Assembly (NCBI GenBank): GCA_963666365.2
Contig: CAXXNF010000002.1
Location: 288,001 to 352,000 of the forward strand
Source: Syntrophales bacterium
GTDB taxonomy: Bacteria; Desulfobacterota; Syntrophia; Syntrophales; UBA2210
Direction of reading: 5' to 3'
Length of the DNA: 64,000 nucleotides
In this document: piece after piece, positions 61,842-64,000 of the stretch
Position numbering within the stretch: the first letter of the stretch is position 1
Layout: every line of letters starts with the position of its first letter
Translations under genes and position numbers: made by a program
Notes under the pieces: model-generated
The model's database searches: none
Told to the model about the DNA's origin: nothing
Seen by the model: only the letters and a program-made list of their open reading frames with translations

Positions 61842-63182
61842 ATGAAACACATTAAGGTAACACTGGCACTTTTATTTTCTTTCATGCTGGTTATCGGAGG
61901 AATTGCTTCGACTGCCACGGCGGCCGTACCCGGATTCGATCTGAGCAAGATGTCCGACATGTCGGACTTTAATCCCAATAACGAAATCGAGCCGACGGGT
62001 GATGTGGTAAAGATCGGATATGTAAACCACTTTTCCGGTCCCGGTGCGGGAAACGGCGAGGTGCACATTATCCAGCTCAATTGGGTTGCCCACGATCTCA
62101 ACAAGCGGGGCGGCATCATGGTGGACGGCAAGAAGAAACTGATACGAGTCCTCAAAGGGGATGTCAAGGGGCAGCCGTCCGTGGCGAAAAAAGCGGCCGA
62201 AAAACTCTGTCTCGAAGATAATGTCGATATCCTGAGCGGCGTCTCCGGCAGCCACCTTGCGCTGGTGGTGTCGACGGTCGCAAAAAAGTACAAAAGAATA
62301 ATGCATCTCGAGTGCGCCGTTGCCGATTCGTTGCTCGATGCAAAGAACTTTCATCGCTACGCCTTCAGAACCTGCATCACCACCTCAATGTTCGGGAAGG
62401 CCATGGCCTACTACTATGCCCAGAGGCCGGAAAAGAAATTCTACATTCTGTGCCAGGATTATATGTACGGCCACGATATCGCCAACGCCTTTAAGGATGG
62501 GCTGAAGGCCTACAAGAAGGATTACGAGATCGTCGGTGAAGAGTATCACCCCCTCTTCCTCAAGGATTTTGCTCCCTATCTGACCAAGGTGCAGGGTGCA
62601 GGGGCGGAAGTGATCTATACGGGCGACTGGCTGCCCGACGGCATGAATATGGTAGTGCAAGCCAATAGCCTTGGTATAAAGCTGCCCATTGCCAATCTCT
62701 ATGCCGATACCTATGAGGGATTGAAGGCGATCGGAGGCGAGGCAGGCAGGACGATGGTAAACGGAAACGCCCACATGATCACCGTCGACACCCCCGAAAA
62801 CAAGGCTTTCAACGTGATGTGGAACGACCTGTGGAAAAAATGGGGCAAGCCCTACGATTCACCCATGTACAAATGGCCGTTCTCCATTCTGGGCGAATGC
62901 GTGAACGGATTCTACTGGCTCTTCGATGTGGTCGAACGTGCCGGCAGCACCGATCCCGAGAAAATTATTGCCACCTGGGAAGGCGACGAGTACAAATCGA
63001 TCACCGGCATGGTGAAGATGCGCGCCTGTGACCACCAGATTATCAGGGATTGTTTCGTATCCCAGTTCGAGTATCCCAATCCCTGGTTCGACGACGCGGC
63101 AAGCTACGGGAAACCCTTCATCGTGCCGGCCAAGTATTGCGAACAGCCGCTGCCCGAAGGGCTCGATAGATGTAACAAATAA
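61842..63182 (+). CDS. ABC transporter substrate-binding protein (LivK/LivJ-like)
   Basis: Signal peptide, VKIG..HFSGP, DYMYGHD, DFAPYLTK, MRACDHQ; ATG 61842 follows an AGGAGG RBS. Confidence 0.85.
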   Translation: MKHIKVTLALLFSFMLVIGGIASTATAAVPGFDLSKMSDMSDFNPNNEIEPTGDVVKIGYVNHFSGPGAGNGEVHIIQLNWVAHDLNKRGGIMVDGKKKLIRVLKGDVKGQPSVAKKAAEKLCLEDNVDILSGVSGSHLALVVSTVAKKYKRIMHLECAVADSLLDAKNFHRYAFRTCITTSMFGKAMAYYYAQRPEKKFYILCQDYMYGHDIANAFKDGLKAYKKDYEIVGEEYHPLFLKDFAPYLTKVQGAGAEVIYTGDWLPDGMNMVVQANSLGIKLPIANLYADTYEGLKAIGGEAGRTMVNGNAHMITVDTPENKAFNVMWNDLWKKWGKPYDSPMYKWPFSILGECVNGFYWLFDVVERAGSTDPEKIIATWEGDEYKSITGMVKMRACDHQIIRDCFVSQFEYPNPWFDDAASYGKPFIVPAKYCEQPLPEGLDRCNK

Positions 63183-63222
63183 CAGTTCTGACACACCACC
63201 GCACGTTCCTTTCTCCCCAAAT

Positions 63223-63283
63223 CCCTCCTTTCTTCTTCTCCCTGCAAGGGGAGAGGAAGGAAGGGGGGACACTTCCCTTATTT
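63223..63283. repeat. CCCTC..CTCCC..GGGGAGAGG hairpin plus a GGGACACTTCCC REP-like unit
   Basis: CTTCTTCTCCCTGCAAGGGGAGAGGAAGG followed by GGGGGGACACTTCCCTTATTT, similar to the 48024 unit. Confidence 0.55.
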
Positions 63284-63999
63284 CAGAACCACCGATAGGT
63301 GATCAGCATCCTGTACATCCTGTCAAAGATCTTTCCGTATGGTGGATAGATCAGTGAAGTGCTCAGGGGCATGGACGACTGAATGAACACCGGCCGGAGC
63401 TTGGAAAATTCCAGAAATCCTTCGTATCCATGGTACTGACCCATGCCGCTCATTCCCACGCCGCCGAAGGGCAGATCATGCTGTGCCACATGCATGGTGC
63501 AGTCGTTTACGCAGACGCCGCCCGACAGGGTTTGCATGATCACTTTACGCTGAAGCGTCCGGTCTTTCGTGAAAAGATAGAGCGCCAGCGGACGTGCATG
63601 GGCATTGACGTATTCGATGCATTCGTCAATTCGGGTGTAGGTTTTGATGGGAAGAACGGGGCCGAAGATCTCCCGCTGCATCAGCTCCATATCTTCCGTC
63701 ACATTCAGCGCGAGCATGGGTTGAAGCTTCCTGAGATTCTCTATGGCCTGTCGATCGGATACAAGATGCACCAGGACGGCGCCTTTTGAACGGGCGTCGT
63801 TCAAGGTTGCCCTGAGACGATCGAAGCTCTTTGCATCCACGATCGACGTATAATCTTCCGATAAAATCGCCGGGAAACGCTGTTTCATCACCTCTTTGGA
63901 CGCTTCGACGAAGTCAGCCACCCTCGTTTCGGGCAGGAACAGGTAGTCCGGGGCAATACAGGTCTGTCCCGCATTGATAAACTTGCCATAGAGGATGCG
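63283..63999 (-). CDS. aldehyde dehydrogenase, ALDH3/coniferyl-aldehyde dehydrogenase-like (5' part outside the window)
   Basis: GKFINAGQTCIAPDY (catalytic Cys), EIFGPVLP, PLALY.F, LPFGGVG.SGMG.YHG, YPPY. Confidence 0.88.
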   Translation of the reverse strand, partial: RILYGKFINAGQTCIAPDYLFLPETRVADFVEASKEVMKQRFPAILSEDYTSIVDAKSFDRLRATLNDARSKGAVLVHLVSDRQAIENLRKLQPMLALNVTEDMELMQREIFGPVLPIKTYTRIDECIEYVNAHARPLALYLFTKDRTLQRKVIMQTLSGGVCVNDCTMHVAQHDLPFGGVGMSGMGQYHGYEGFLEFSKLRPVFIQSSMPLSTSLIYPPYGKIFDRMYRMLITYRWF

Positions 64000-64000
64000 T

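Overview
This 64-kb window looks like the chromosome of an anaerobic Desulfobacterota (Syntrophales-like) bacterium; the taxon is inferred from gene content and order, not shown. Bases 1-21.1 kb are a core housekeeping block, all on the + strand: scpB(3' end)-rluB-IHF, a PAS/HD-GYP protein, miaB, DUF151, DUF3553, xerC-hslVU-argBDFGH-lipoprotein-lysA-dapA-dapB-folK-YHS-transaldolase-pgsA-tRNA-Gly-tRNA-Cys. Bases 21.4-64 kb are accessory and dominated by acyl-CoA metabolism. They hold an HMG-CoA-synthase-like/DUF35 fusion with an SCP2-type thiolase and an acyl-CoA dehydrogenase, an ADP-forming acyl-CoA ligase, a DRTGG protein and a CoA-transferase-GNAT fusion. They also hold an ABC exporter, a DUF362/polyferredoxin pair, a frameshifted transglutaminase-like gene, FprA-rubredoxin-rubrerythrin, a GAF adenylate cyclase, an RND pump, a phasin/ABC1-kinase pair, abfD, two AMP-forming CoA ligases, a LivK-like binding protein and an aldehyde dehydrogenase. 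The most unusual observations are three. First, two near-identical PAS-PAS-LuxR genes were duplicated together with ~45 bp of palindromic downstream DNA and differ almost only in a ~180-bp patch of the first PAS domain. Second, there is a PhlABC-like pseudo-synthase/DUF35/thiolase module. Third, several small repeat families sit exactly at stop codons. No CRISPR array, rRNA, prophage or intact transposase was seen. All calls come from reading motifs by eye; no searches were run.
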